Of a stretch of DNA of 51,127 bases, positions 44,601 through 51,127 are shown in pieces. Numbering within the stretch: position 1 is the first letter of the stretch; each line of letters starts with the position of its first letter. A program made the position numbers and the translations under genes. A model generated the notes under the pieces. The model searched no databases and was not told where the DNA came from. It saw only the letters and a list, made by a program, of their open reading frames with translations. This DNA is from an uncultured Gammaproteobacteria bacterium (GTDB lineage Bacteria; Patescibacteriota; Patescibacteriia; JAHIZJ01). The DNA lies in assembly GCA_964371245.1 (NCBI GenBank), contig CAYJKP010000001.1, positions 1-51,127 of the forward strand, written 5' to 3'.

Positions 44601-46011
44601 CCGTTATTTTTGAGGTTTTTTGTTCCATGGTCAACGTGCCAAGATCGAGCGTCTGGTCAGTGGTAACTGTTACGGTCATCGTCGGGAGGTAGTATCTCGC
44701 CATGTTGGGATTCTGGTTGTCTGGATTGATTGTTAGCTGATACGTTCCAGCGGTGACATTGGCCAAGAAGCGACCATCGCTATTTATACCGGTGCCCATG
44801 CCCTGGCCCTGGCCTTGTTGGAGATTGACGCCGCCGCCGCTCATCCAATTCCCATTTGGCAGTTTGACGCGCCCTTTAACGATCGCGTCAGTTTTCGTAA
44901 CAGTGAGAGCGGCGTTTTTCGTTTCAGTCGTGTCATTGTCGGCGAATTGGACCAGCTCGCCTTGGCCATTATAGGTCCAATTGCAGACGCGCTGTTGCTG
45001 AGTCTCCTGATCCCAGCCGCAATTCGGTCTGATTTCCCAGGTGCCGCCGGACAAAAATATCTCGAATGTTCCATCAGCCCCGACCGAGGCGTTCTTGCCG
45101 CCGCCGCCACCTTGTTTATTGGCGTTGACTTCGGCGCCGGTCGTGACGAGCTGACCGGTGTTATATCTCACTGTGCCGGTAACTTTCTTTTTGGCAGCCT
45201 TGAGCTGTGCGTTTTTTGTCACCGTGGTGCCAGCGTATTGGAACTCGACCGGGTCAGGCGCAACATAATCGCCATAATCAGGGTTGAGCCAAATTTCCAT
45301 AATGACCGTCCCAGTTGGGAACCCAGCGGCCGATACAGAATAAAACCCAAGCCGATCGGTATTGCCCTGGCCATTGAAGGAAAAATCGGCGGTATGGAAA
45401 CCAACGCCGAGCTGTGCGGCCGGATCGTTGGAGGGGTCGGTGATCGTTCCTTTTACTGCGACTGGCGCGAAGAAGTATGGGTCGGACGGTGTGCTTGGCG
45501 GCTGCTCGCCCTCGGGTGGTGGTTCTTCACCATAGGCCTGACTGTTTGCGTAGACGCGGTAATGGCTCATTAATTGGCTGGGATTGCGGACACCGCTGAT
45601 CACCAGAGTGTACGTTCCTGCAGTAAATGGTTCAGCGCGTACGCCGAAGCTTTGGTTATATTTTTCATATAGACCACCTGGCAAGCCTGAAACCAGCGTC
45701 GAGTTTTCAAAGCCAGGTTGGCACTGCGACCAGTCACCTTGGCAGTTACCGCTGCCTTCAAAGTTGAAGTTAATAAACCCGCCGGGAGACAAGGTCTGAT
45801 CGAGGGTAAACGAGACGGTATAGTTGGTGGTAGCGCCAGCCGCCGTGCTCGTTGGCGTGAAGCTCACGCTACTGATTCGATCGTCGAGATCGATCGTTTC
45901 AGGCTGAATGATTCCAGCCGAGGCGACATGCGCGGCAAAAAAGAAAACGCACATCACCAGTGCGCTGCCGAACCCTAGCGCGATCTTTCTATTAACATTG
46001 AGGTTTTTCAT
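41659..46011 (-). CDS. Large secreted surface protein: tandem carboxypeptidase-regulatory-like/Ig beta-sandwiches plus a C-terminal seven-bladed FG-GAP/VCBS beta-propeller
   Basis: Signal peptide ending AHVASA; repeated (I/V)KG.V.D..G..V; seven repeats of about 51 aa GPQV...G....FFAY....RGG....DV.GDG..EI. Confidence 0.88.
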   Translation of the reverse strand: MKNLNVNRKIALGFGSALVMCVFFFAAHVASAGIIQPETIDLDDRISSVSFTPTSTAAGATTNYTVSFTLDQTLSPGGFINFNFEGSGNCQGDWSQCQPGFENSTLVSGLPGGLYEKYNQSFGVRAEPFTAGTYTLVISGVRNPSQLMSHYRVYANSQAYGEEPPPEGEQPPSTPSDPYFFAPVAVKGTITDPSNDPAAQLGVGFHTADFSFNGQGNTDRLGFYSVSAAGFPTGTVIMEIWLNPDYGDYVAPDPVEFQYAGTTVTKNAQLKAAKKKVTGTVRYNTGQLVTTGAEVNANKQGGGGGKNASVGADGTFEIFLSGGTWEIRPNCGWDQETQQQRVCNWTYNGQGELVQFADNDTTETKNAALTVTKTDAIVKGRVKLPNGNWMSGGGVNLQQGQGQGMGTGINSDGRFLANVTAGTYQLTINPDNQNPNMARYYLPTMTVTVTTDQTLDLGTLTMEQKTSKITGKVTLVDAGDPVEGLRLNCWTRNGSGWGQTTTVADGSFTIWLPPGQYECRPDDRNTEYIMPQTGPSELYDLSANETISGVNFEVQRADAQINVRLVDTDGNAITNIFGWAYARKKSSNGGSNFGSGIDRGAATIALLGGQTYIVGAQVPTDNANVMLLREEVEVTLDEGESANVALVMERPDAKIRGFLKDQNGKAIKGADAEVYAVVGGDNKGGGGVWLGTRVNQADGSFSLSVKGGLKYVMGYNFPNMGTGSGDFLNSPPNMDPFTVPVDGTVTKVLTAFRATAHVKVSLLDPDGKAVKFGWAWCSNRKEMENKVEAESTMVDTGGEIRNGQGQVNVIAGTFECGAGIDQSTNTNWMPPDMQEVTLVDGDTKTLTLQFGQADATIKGTTVNENGESVSWGFCNAFTFNGKFSGGEIINGAFSIPVNSGDVWQVECGSDSNRKMSRSDPQAVNVPTTGEVNIGEITLLEKNWTMPEGFTTQFDAGTQLSLTLPDGTTLTASPAAFGPEGDTMTLMASPNIKLFYDQNNKPLNFAWNFEMTDPDGALVESFNSAVSVCIPYSQDVVDEQGLDENNLIAKYYNATTGTWELPEGATQDIDANTICFQSTHFTNFALVAGANILGGLGTTQNDILVTPLSNGGPQVIVADENGKIVTNFFAYSSSLRIGIQAVTADVDGDGEVEIITAPGAGAGPQIRIFNKAGQVEGQFWAYDSGLHMGVNLSVIDDDNDGVYEIVTAPMAGGGPQVKIFNSRGEMKRQYFAYAETFRGGVELAVADVNGDGAQEVVVAPESAAGPQIRVIKSDGTLLSQFFAYASNVRGGFNLTLGDVNSDGVYDIVVSPKAGLGPQVASFDGNGNLLGRFFAYAETFRGGIYASGGDVDGDGNLEIVVTPESNAGPQVRVFEVDGTVLSQFWAYASTLRGNFTSFVADLNGDGTTEIVTAPGTGMGPQVRTFNQDGQALSQFFSHHPGFRGGITISPAI

Positions 46012-46078
46012 GCTCTTTTCGTTAGTGTTTTAGTAGGGAGATATCCCCAAAACTGTTTTTATTGCGTTTATTGATATA

Positions 46079-46231
46079 TAAAAAGCCACGAAACGTGGCT
46101 GTTGTTGTTAGAAACCGTAATTTCCTACCAAAAAAGATGAAATTTTTATTTTCCTCAATGTTTTCCACTCCAACATGAGGTAGCTTTATTAATTACCCTT
46201 TCATTATACCGGATTAGGGGAATATTGTCAA
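46079..46231 (-). promoter_or_regulatory. Perfect promoter followed by a structured leader ending in an intrinsic terminator (attenuator or sRNA candidate)
   Basis: TTGACA(46231-46226)-17-TATAAT(46208-46203); hairpin CCTCATGTT/AACATTGAGG; AGCCACG-TTT-CGTGGCT-TTTT at 46100-46079. Confidence 0.6.
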
Positions 46232-46239
46232 AAAGATGT

Positions 46240-47973
46240 CTACACCTCGATGATGACCGGCAAAATCATCGGCCGTCGCTCAGTCTTCTGGAAAAGAAAT
46301 TGACCAACATCATCGCGGATTTTTTCACGAATATAGGTGTCGTTGAGGGATGATTTCGGTTCGCGGTCGTCGAGAATTGCCTTGACACGGTCACGGGTCT
46401 GATCAATCAGCTTCTGGTTCGCCTTCATATAAATGAAGCCACGCGAGATAATATCAGGTTGGCCGACCAAATGTCCCGTCTTTGCTTCAGCTGTGATGAT
46501 CACAACCACCATGCCGTCGGAGGCGAGCTGGTTGCGGTCGCGCAGGACGACGCTGGAAACGTCGCCAACGCCCAGGCCGTCGACCATGACGTACTCAGAG
46601 GGGACCTTTTTATTCGTCAGTTTGCCGCCCTGTTTCGTAAACTCGATGATCTGGCCGTTGTCCGGGACGAATATCTTATTCTCATCGAAGCCCGCCTGCT
46701 TTGCGATCTTCGCGTGTATTCTGAGGAAGGAGTGATTTCCTTCGATCGGGATCAGGTATTGCGGGTTAACCAGCTTCAGCATCAGCTTTAAATCTTCCTG
46801 TTTGGCGTGGCCGCCGGCGTGAATGTCCATCATTTTATAATTGATCACCTCGGCGCCTTCGCGGTAGAGGGTGTCGACTAGCCGTTGGACTGAACGCTCA
46901 TTGCCCGGGACGACTGAGGACGAGAAGATGATCGTGTCGCCTTTTTCGATCTGCGCCTTTTTGTGTTCCCGGTTGGCCAGGCGCATCAGCACGGCCTTGC
47001 CTTCACCTTGCGCGCCAGTGCACAAGATAATGAGTTTTTTACTGGGATAGCTTTTCATCTGATCATAGCTGATGAGCGTACCCGGCTTAATCTTCATATA
47101 GCCAAGCTGCTGGGCGATCTCGACGTTTGTGCGCATACTGTAGCCGTCGATGATAACATGCCGCCCGTACTGTTCGGCCAGCTGGATGATTTGTTGAATC
47201 CGTCCGAGCAACGAGGAAAACGTGGCAATGATCAATCGACCGGTGGCGGTGCGGAAAATATCTTCCATATTGCCGATGATCTCCTGCTCGCTGAACTGGT
47301 GGCCGGGCTGGGGCGCGTTGGTGCTGTCGGCGAGCATGACGAGGACGTTCTCTTCGTTTAATTTGGCGATTTTTGCAATGTCGACCGGTGTATCTCCGGA
47401 GGGCTGGAGGTCAATTTTGAAATCACCCGTATGGACGACTGGCCCGAGCGGTGTCCGGATGACCACGCCGAGCGAACCGGGAATATTATGACTGACGCCG
47501 AAAAACTCGACTTCAAAAACACCGAGCCGGAGTTTTGTTTCGCTGTCGACTGCCTGAAGGTCGAGCTTGCCGCCATTTTTATAGTCTTCTTGGCGCTTGG
47601 CGATGATGCCAAGCGTGAGGGGTGTGCCGAAAACAGGCGGACGGCCGAGTCGCGGGATAAGGTGGGGAATTGCCCCGATGTGGTCGTAATGCCCGTGGGT
47701 AATGATGACGCCCTTAACGAATTTTTCCTTGCCTTTGAGATAGCCGATATTCGGAATGATATAGTCAATTCCAGGCATGTCTTCCTCGGGGAATTGGAGT
47801 CCCATATCGACAATAAGGATGTCTTGTCTGTATTCGATCACGGTCATATTCCGGCCGACTTCCTCAACGCCGCCAATCGGGATAATCCGAAGACGATCCG
47901 TTTTCTGGGCTTGGGGTTGGGGAAAGGCGGATGAATGTTTTTTTCGTGAGCGTTTCTGATGTCGTGCCATCAT
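46240..47973 (-). CDS. rnj: Ribonuclease J
   Basis: GGVEEVGRNM, THGHYDHIGA, HTGDFK, DSTNA, TGAQGE, HAGGHA and RRPMILPVIIEV. Confidence 0.97.
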   Translation of the reverse strand: MMARHQKRSRKKHSSAFPQPQAQKTDRLRIIPIGGVEEVGRNMTVIEYRQDILIVDMGLQFPEEDMPGIDYIIPNIGYLKGKEKFVKGVIITHGHYDHIGAIPHLIPRLGRPPVFGTPLTLGIIAKRQEDYKNGGKLDLQAVDSETKLRLGVFEVEFFGVSHNIPGSLGVVIRTPLGPVVHTGDFKIDLQPSGDTPVDIAKIAKLNEENVLVMLADSTNAPQPGHQFSEQEIIGNMEDIFRTATGRLIIATFSSLLGRIQQIIQLAEQYGRHVIIDGYSMRTNVEIAQQLGYMKIKPGTLISYDQMKSYPSKKLIILCTGAQGEGKAVLMRLANREHKKAQIEKGDTIIFSSSVVPGNERSVQRLVDTLYREGAEVINYKMMDIHAGGHAKQEDLKLMLKLVNPQYLIPIEGNHSFLRIHAKIAKQAGFDENKIFVPDNGQIIEFTKQGGKLTNKKVPSEYVMVDGLGVGDVSSVVLRDRNQLASDGMVVVIITAEAKTGHLVGQPDIISRGFIYMKANQKLIDQTRDRVKAILDDREPKSSLNDTYIREKIRDDVGQFLFQKTERRPMILPVIIEV

Positions 47974-48209
47974 AATCAATTCAAAATTAAAAATGTAAAA
48001 TTCAAAGCTATGGATTATTAAATATTAATGCTTTGATTTATTATAGAGTTTTTTAATCAAACGAATACTTCTTTCAGTTCGGCGGCGGATTCATCGCGGA
48101 ATCGGGTGTTCGCGTCCTTATCTTTGAAAAGAATCAACCGCGCCTGATGCGGGAACGGCAATCACCGGTGTTTCGGCGGGATGTAATCTATGCCAAAGGC
48201 TTATATTTC

Positions 48210-48296
48210 TGGTGCCGGGAAGAGGACTCGAACCTCCATGGGATTGCTCCCACACGGCTCTGAACCGTGCGTGTATACCAATTTCACCATCCCGGC
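48210..48296 (-). tRNA. tRNA-Leu (anticodon CAG), CCA encoded
   Basis: GCCGGGA/TCCCGGC-ACCA acceptor; CACGG-TTCAGAG-CCGTG anticodon arm; long variable arm; GGTTCGAGTCC. Confidence 0.97.
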
Positions 48297-48305
48297 GTAC
48301 CGTGG

Positions 48306-50096
48306 TTATTTCCACTGACGCTTCGTCTTGATATACCAATCTTCGATGTTTGTAAAGCGATCAGCCGGAACAGTCAACTGCGTCAAATCAAAACCCTTCA
48401 CCTTTTTATTTAAACCGTAGGTATAGGTTGGATTATAGAGGAAAAGCGCGGGCAGTTCGTCAGCTAGAATGTTTTGAAAATGGAGATACTTCATCCGGCG
48501 CTGTTCCGGATCGGTCGTCTTGCGTGCTTCTTCGAGCAGCTGGTCGACGCTTTTATTCACATAGACCGAAAGGTTCAGGCCCGGATCGCGGCCTTGGGAA
48601 GAGTGCCAGAAAGAATACGGATCCGGATCAGTACCGACAATCTCGCCGACGAGGAGCGCCTCGAAGTCGCGCGGTTTGATGACGAATTTTTCGATCCGGC
48701 TTGGATCGATGATCCGCAGCTCAACGCCGATCCCGACCTTTTGCCAATAGCCTTTGATCAGATTCGCCGTCGCGACAAAGTCGGGCTGGTCGATCGTGGT
48801 GAGGGCTAGCTGGAGCTCCTGGTCACCCTTTTTTCTGATGGTTGAACCTTCGGGCAGGGCCCAGCCGGCTTGGTCGAGAGTTTCAATCGCCTTGGCCGGG
48901 TCAAATTCGTATTTGCGAATTTCCGGATTATAGCCTAGAAAACCAGGCAGAATCGGTGCGTGGATTTGTTCACCCTCGCCTCCTAAGACCTGATCGATAA
49001 TCTCCAGTTTGTTGATGGCGTAGGCCATGGCCTGCTTTATCTCGAGCGTCTTTAAGAGCTGGTTTTTTTGATTCAAGAAGATCGCCGTGTATTGAGGCAA
49101 ATGAAGAAGATGGGCCTGAATGGTCTTATTCTTCTCAATCTTGTCTTTCGATTCTTTTGGAATATAACCGACGCCCTCGACGTTTTTCTTTTCACCGGCT
49201 TGAACGAGGCTGTCGAGATTTGCGAAAAATTTGAAAGTAATTAATTCCACGTAGGGCGGCCGGCGATAAAAGCTAGCGTTTCGCTCCAGGGTGTAGGATT
49301 TAATCGAGCCAGAGCGGTCTTTTTTCAACGATTTAAATCGATACGGGCCAGTCCCGACCGGCTTCAAGTTTGCTTCGGCGAGATGAAAGGATTGGGGTGG
49401 AATATCGCTCCAGATGTGCGCCGGCAATATGCCAAACGTCAGGGAGCTTAAGAACGGCGCGAACGGTTCTTTCAGCGTCAGAACAATAGTTGTTTCGTCC
49501 GGCGCTTCGGCCGTGACGCCGCGGAGATTTCCGGCCAGCGGGCTTTTGATCTCTGAATTTTGGATATCGTCAATTGTCAGGAGCACATCTTCAGAGCTGA
49601 GTGGCTGACCGTCGTGCCACTTCACGTCGGCGCGAAGCTTAATCGTATAGGTCTTTTGATCCTCGCTGATGGTATAACTTTCAGCCAGATCGGGTACGAT
49701 CGTGCGGTCACGGTCGTATCGAAACAGGCCCGAGTAGACCAGCCGGGAAATATCTAGATCAACGTCATTTGACTGAGCAAGCACTGGATTTATATAGGCG
49801 GGATTTCCAACTAAACCCTCGGTATATTCTCCGCCAACGATCGGCACTGGTTTTGTTTGGTGCAGATACAAACGGGTGCCGAGCGTTCCGAGCGCGACGA
49901 GGAAAACAACAACACAAGAAAAGAACAGCCACCTCTCCGTTCGTGAGAGCACTTTTGGTAAGCGCATCAATTGACCGGCGGAGGGAAGCCGATGATCAGG
50001 GTTTGACCATGACTGCTGCCGGCCAAAGGGTAGTCGGAGCCCGTGGAAGCGCTCGCGGCGGAATAGATTTTTGAACCAGTCAGAAAAACGTGCCAC
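48306..50096 (-). CDS. Peptide ABC-type substrate-binding protein (family 5, OppA/DppA-like) with N-terminal TM anchor
   Basis: INPVLA, LVYSGL, PDLAESY, WHDGQPL, PVGTGPY and AINK; GTG start. Confidence 0.92.
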   Translation of the reverse strand: MARFSDWFKNLFRRERFHGLRLPFGRQQSWSNPDHRLPSAGQLMRLPKVLSRTERWLFFSCVVVFLVALGTLGTRLYLHQTKPVPIVGGEYTEGLVGNPAYINPVLAQSNDVDLDISRLVYSGLFRYDRDRTIVPDLAESYTISEDQKTYTIKLRADVKWHDGQPLSSEDVLLTIDDIQNSEIKSPLAGNLRGVTAEAPDETTIVLTLKEPFAPFLSSLTFGILPAHIWSDIPPQSFHLAEANLKPVGTGPYRFKSLKKDRSGSIKSYTLERNASFYRRPPYVELITFKFFANLDSLVQAGEKKNVEGVGYIPKESKDKIEKNKTIQAHLLHLPQYTAIFLNQKNQLLKTLEIKQAMAYAINKLEIIDQVLGGEGEQIHAPILPGFLGYNPEIRKYEFDPAKAIETLDQAGWALPEGSTIRKKGDQELQLALTTIDQPDFVATANLIKGYWQKVGIGVELRIIDPSRIEKFVIKPRDFEALLVGEIVGTDPDPYSFWHSSQGRDPGLNLSVYVNKSVDQLLEEARKTTDPEQRRMKYLHFQNILADELPALFLYNPTYTYGLNKKVKGFDLTQLTVPADRFTNIEDWYIKTKRQWK

Positions 50097-50121
50097 CCGA
50101 AAGGTTTAGCAGGTTAGGTGT

Positions 50122-50340
50122 TTAGGCCAAGAGAATATTCGCGACGGCTACGCCTAAGAAGAGGATAGCCACCACGATCGTAAATACAAAGAGATACCGT
50201 TCGACGCCCCGGCGGGTTTCGAAGACGTTACCTTCGCCGCCGAATACGCCGCCCAAACCCGAACCACGCTGCTGCAGCAAAATGGCTGCGGTCAGCAGGA
50301 CGGCGAGGACGATCAGGGCGATATTGAAATAAAATTGCAT
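50122..50340 (-). CDS. secG: Preprotein translocase subunit SecG
   Basis: ILLQQRGSGLGGVFGG...TRRGVE between two TM helices. Confidence 0.95.
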   Translation of the reverse strand: MQFYFNIALIVLAVLLTAAILLQQRGSGLGGVFGGEGNVFETRRGVERYLFVFTIVVAILFLGVAVANILLA

Positions 50341-50380
50341 AGTAATTATTACTGAAAAAAGCCAAGGCTGGCTGCTCTAG

Positions 50381-50409
50381 AGAGTATCACGAGCGGTAAC
50401 ATTTGTCAA
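50381..50409 (-). promoter_or_regulatory. secG promoter
   Basis: TTGACA-17-TACTCT, overlapping the stop codon of the upstream small ORF. Confidence 0.65.
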
Positions 50410-50555
50410 TCTTGGCGTCGGGATTTTCGGATGATCAGGCGCTGCAGCTCCCGGACGCTCCGGCCGCTGACCTTCATCGGCGGATTCTTCTTTTTTTCAC
50501 GCCGGCTGGCGCGGCGTTCAAGTTTTTTTTCAATTCTCTCGATTGGATCAGGCAT
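50406..50555 (-). CDS. Small basic 49-aa protein (MPDPIERIEKKLERRASRREKKKNPPMKVSGRSVRELQRLIIRKSRRQD)
   Basis: Translated by hand; fills the gap upstream of secG in the same orientation. Below the ORF track cut-off. Confidence 0.65.
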   Translation of the reverse strand: MPDPIERIEKKLERRASRREKKKNPPMKVSGRSVRELQRLIIRKSRRQD

Positions 50556-50559
50556 GGCG

Positions 50560-50588
50560 TTGACAAAAGATGAATGATATGATAGTAT
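50560..50588 (+). promoter_or_regulatory. sigma70 promoter
   Basis: TTGACA-17-TAGTAT, followed by a leader hairpin (TTCGG/CCGAA) and SD AAAGGGGG. Confidence 0.7.
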
Positions 50589-50649
50589 GCGCAGTTGTTG
50601 AGTTCGGTGTTCGCACGAGACTCAGGGAAGAACCGAAAGGGGGAACAGG

Positions 50650-51127
50650 ATGTTCATGGGACCTTTCAGAAGCAGGGTCGGCGACTGGCGGACCAGCGGC
50701 CTCGTCGTCGTCGCGGTGATCACGCTCGTTCTGGGCGGGTTTCTGAACTGGTGGCTACACCCGCGTGTGGTCACTCACGTCGTTTACCAGTGGACGGATG
50801 CTTTTGCGCCGGAGCTGGGTCGGAGTTACGATCTCGAATCGGCGCCACGGCTAGTGGAGGTATTCAACAGCCAGTTGACGACCGAAGGTGAGCTCGGCGT
50901 GAGCGTTGAGCTGAACCTGCCTCAGCAGGCCGATCCGCTCATGCGTTGGTACCCGCGGCTGGTCTACCCGCGCAACGAGGTCATCTGGGTTGACCAGTTA
51001 CCACCCAAATCGGCGGTATTTGTCCAGGCTGGTGACGGTTCGATCAAGCTGCTGCTCAGCGCGCCCCGGCCGGATACGCGACTGCCGGACCGCACGTTCG
51101 CGCAGTTCTGCTCGGTTGCTCAATAGC
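50650..51127 (+). CDS. Hypothetical single-TM protein, 3'-truncated by the window
   Basis: SD, ATG, hydrophobic helix GLVVVAVITLVLGGFLNWWL; GC-rich; open to the end of the window. Confidence 0.75.

Noticed and set aside
41641-47959. Many long plus-strand ORFs opposite the FG-GAP and rnj genes
   Set aside because: Antisense shadows of GC-rich coding sequence with no motifs.

Overview
Chromosomal segment of a bacterium that uses genetic code 11. It is most likely a Patescibacteria/CPR (Parcubacteria-type) organism; this is inferred from the gene mix (CPR-type pilin, Elp3, TrmB, EndoQ, FG-GAP and LysM surface proteins, secG next to an orphan peptide-binding protein). The window starts with the 3' end of 23S rRNA and a 5S rRNA, followed by about 45 housekeeping, salvage and surface-protein genes and two intact tRNAs (Ser-CGA, Leu-CAG). 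I found no CRISPR array, transposase, integrase or phage genes. The most unusual signals are: (1) an intact tRNA-Ser(CGA) nested inside the variable arm of a second, palindrome-disrupted tRNA-Ser(CGA); (2) Elp3 head-to-head with a Trm9/ALKBH8-like methyltransferase with no spacer (CAT|ATG), suggesting a eukaryote/archaea-type mcm5U34 pathway in a bacterium; (3) three promoter-to-terminator small transcription units at 29.8-30.5 kb, two of which share a homologous 3' stem; (4) a 35-aa membrane ORF inside the 23S-5S spacer; (5) an operon of nucleotide salvage and sanitising enzymes with an MFS transporter; (6) large surface proteins carrying putative cell-wall peptidase domains. All family assignments come from motif recognition by eye; no searches were run.
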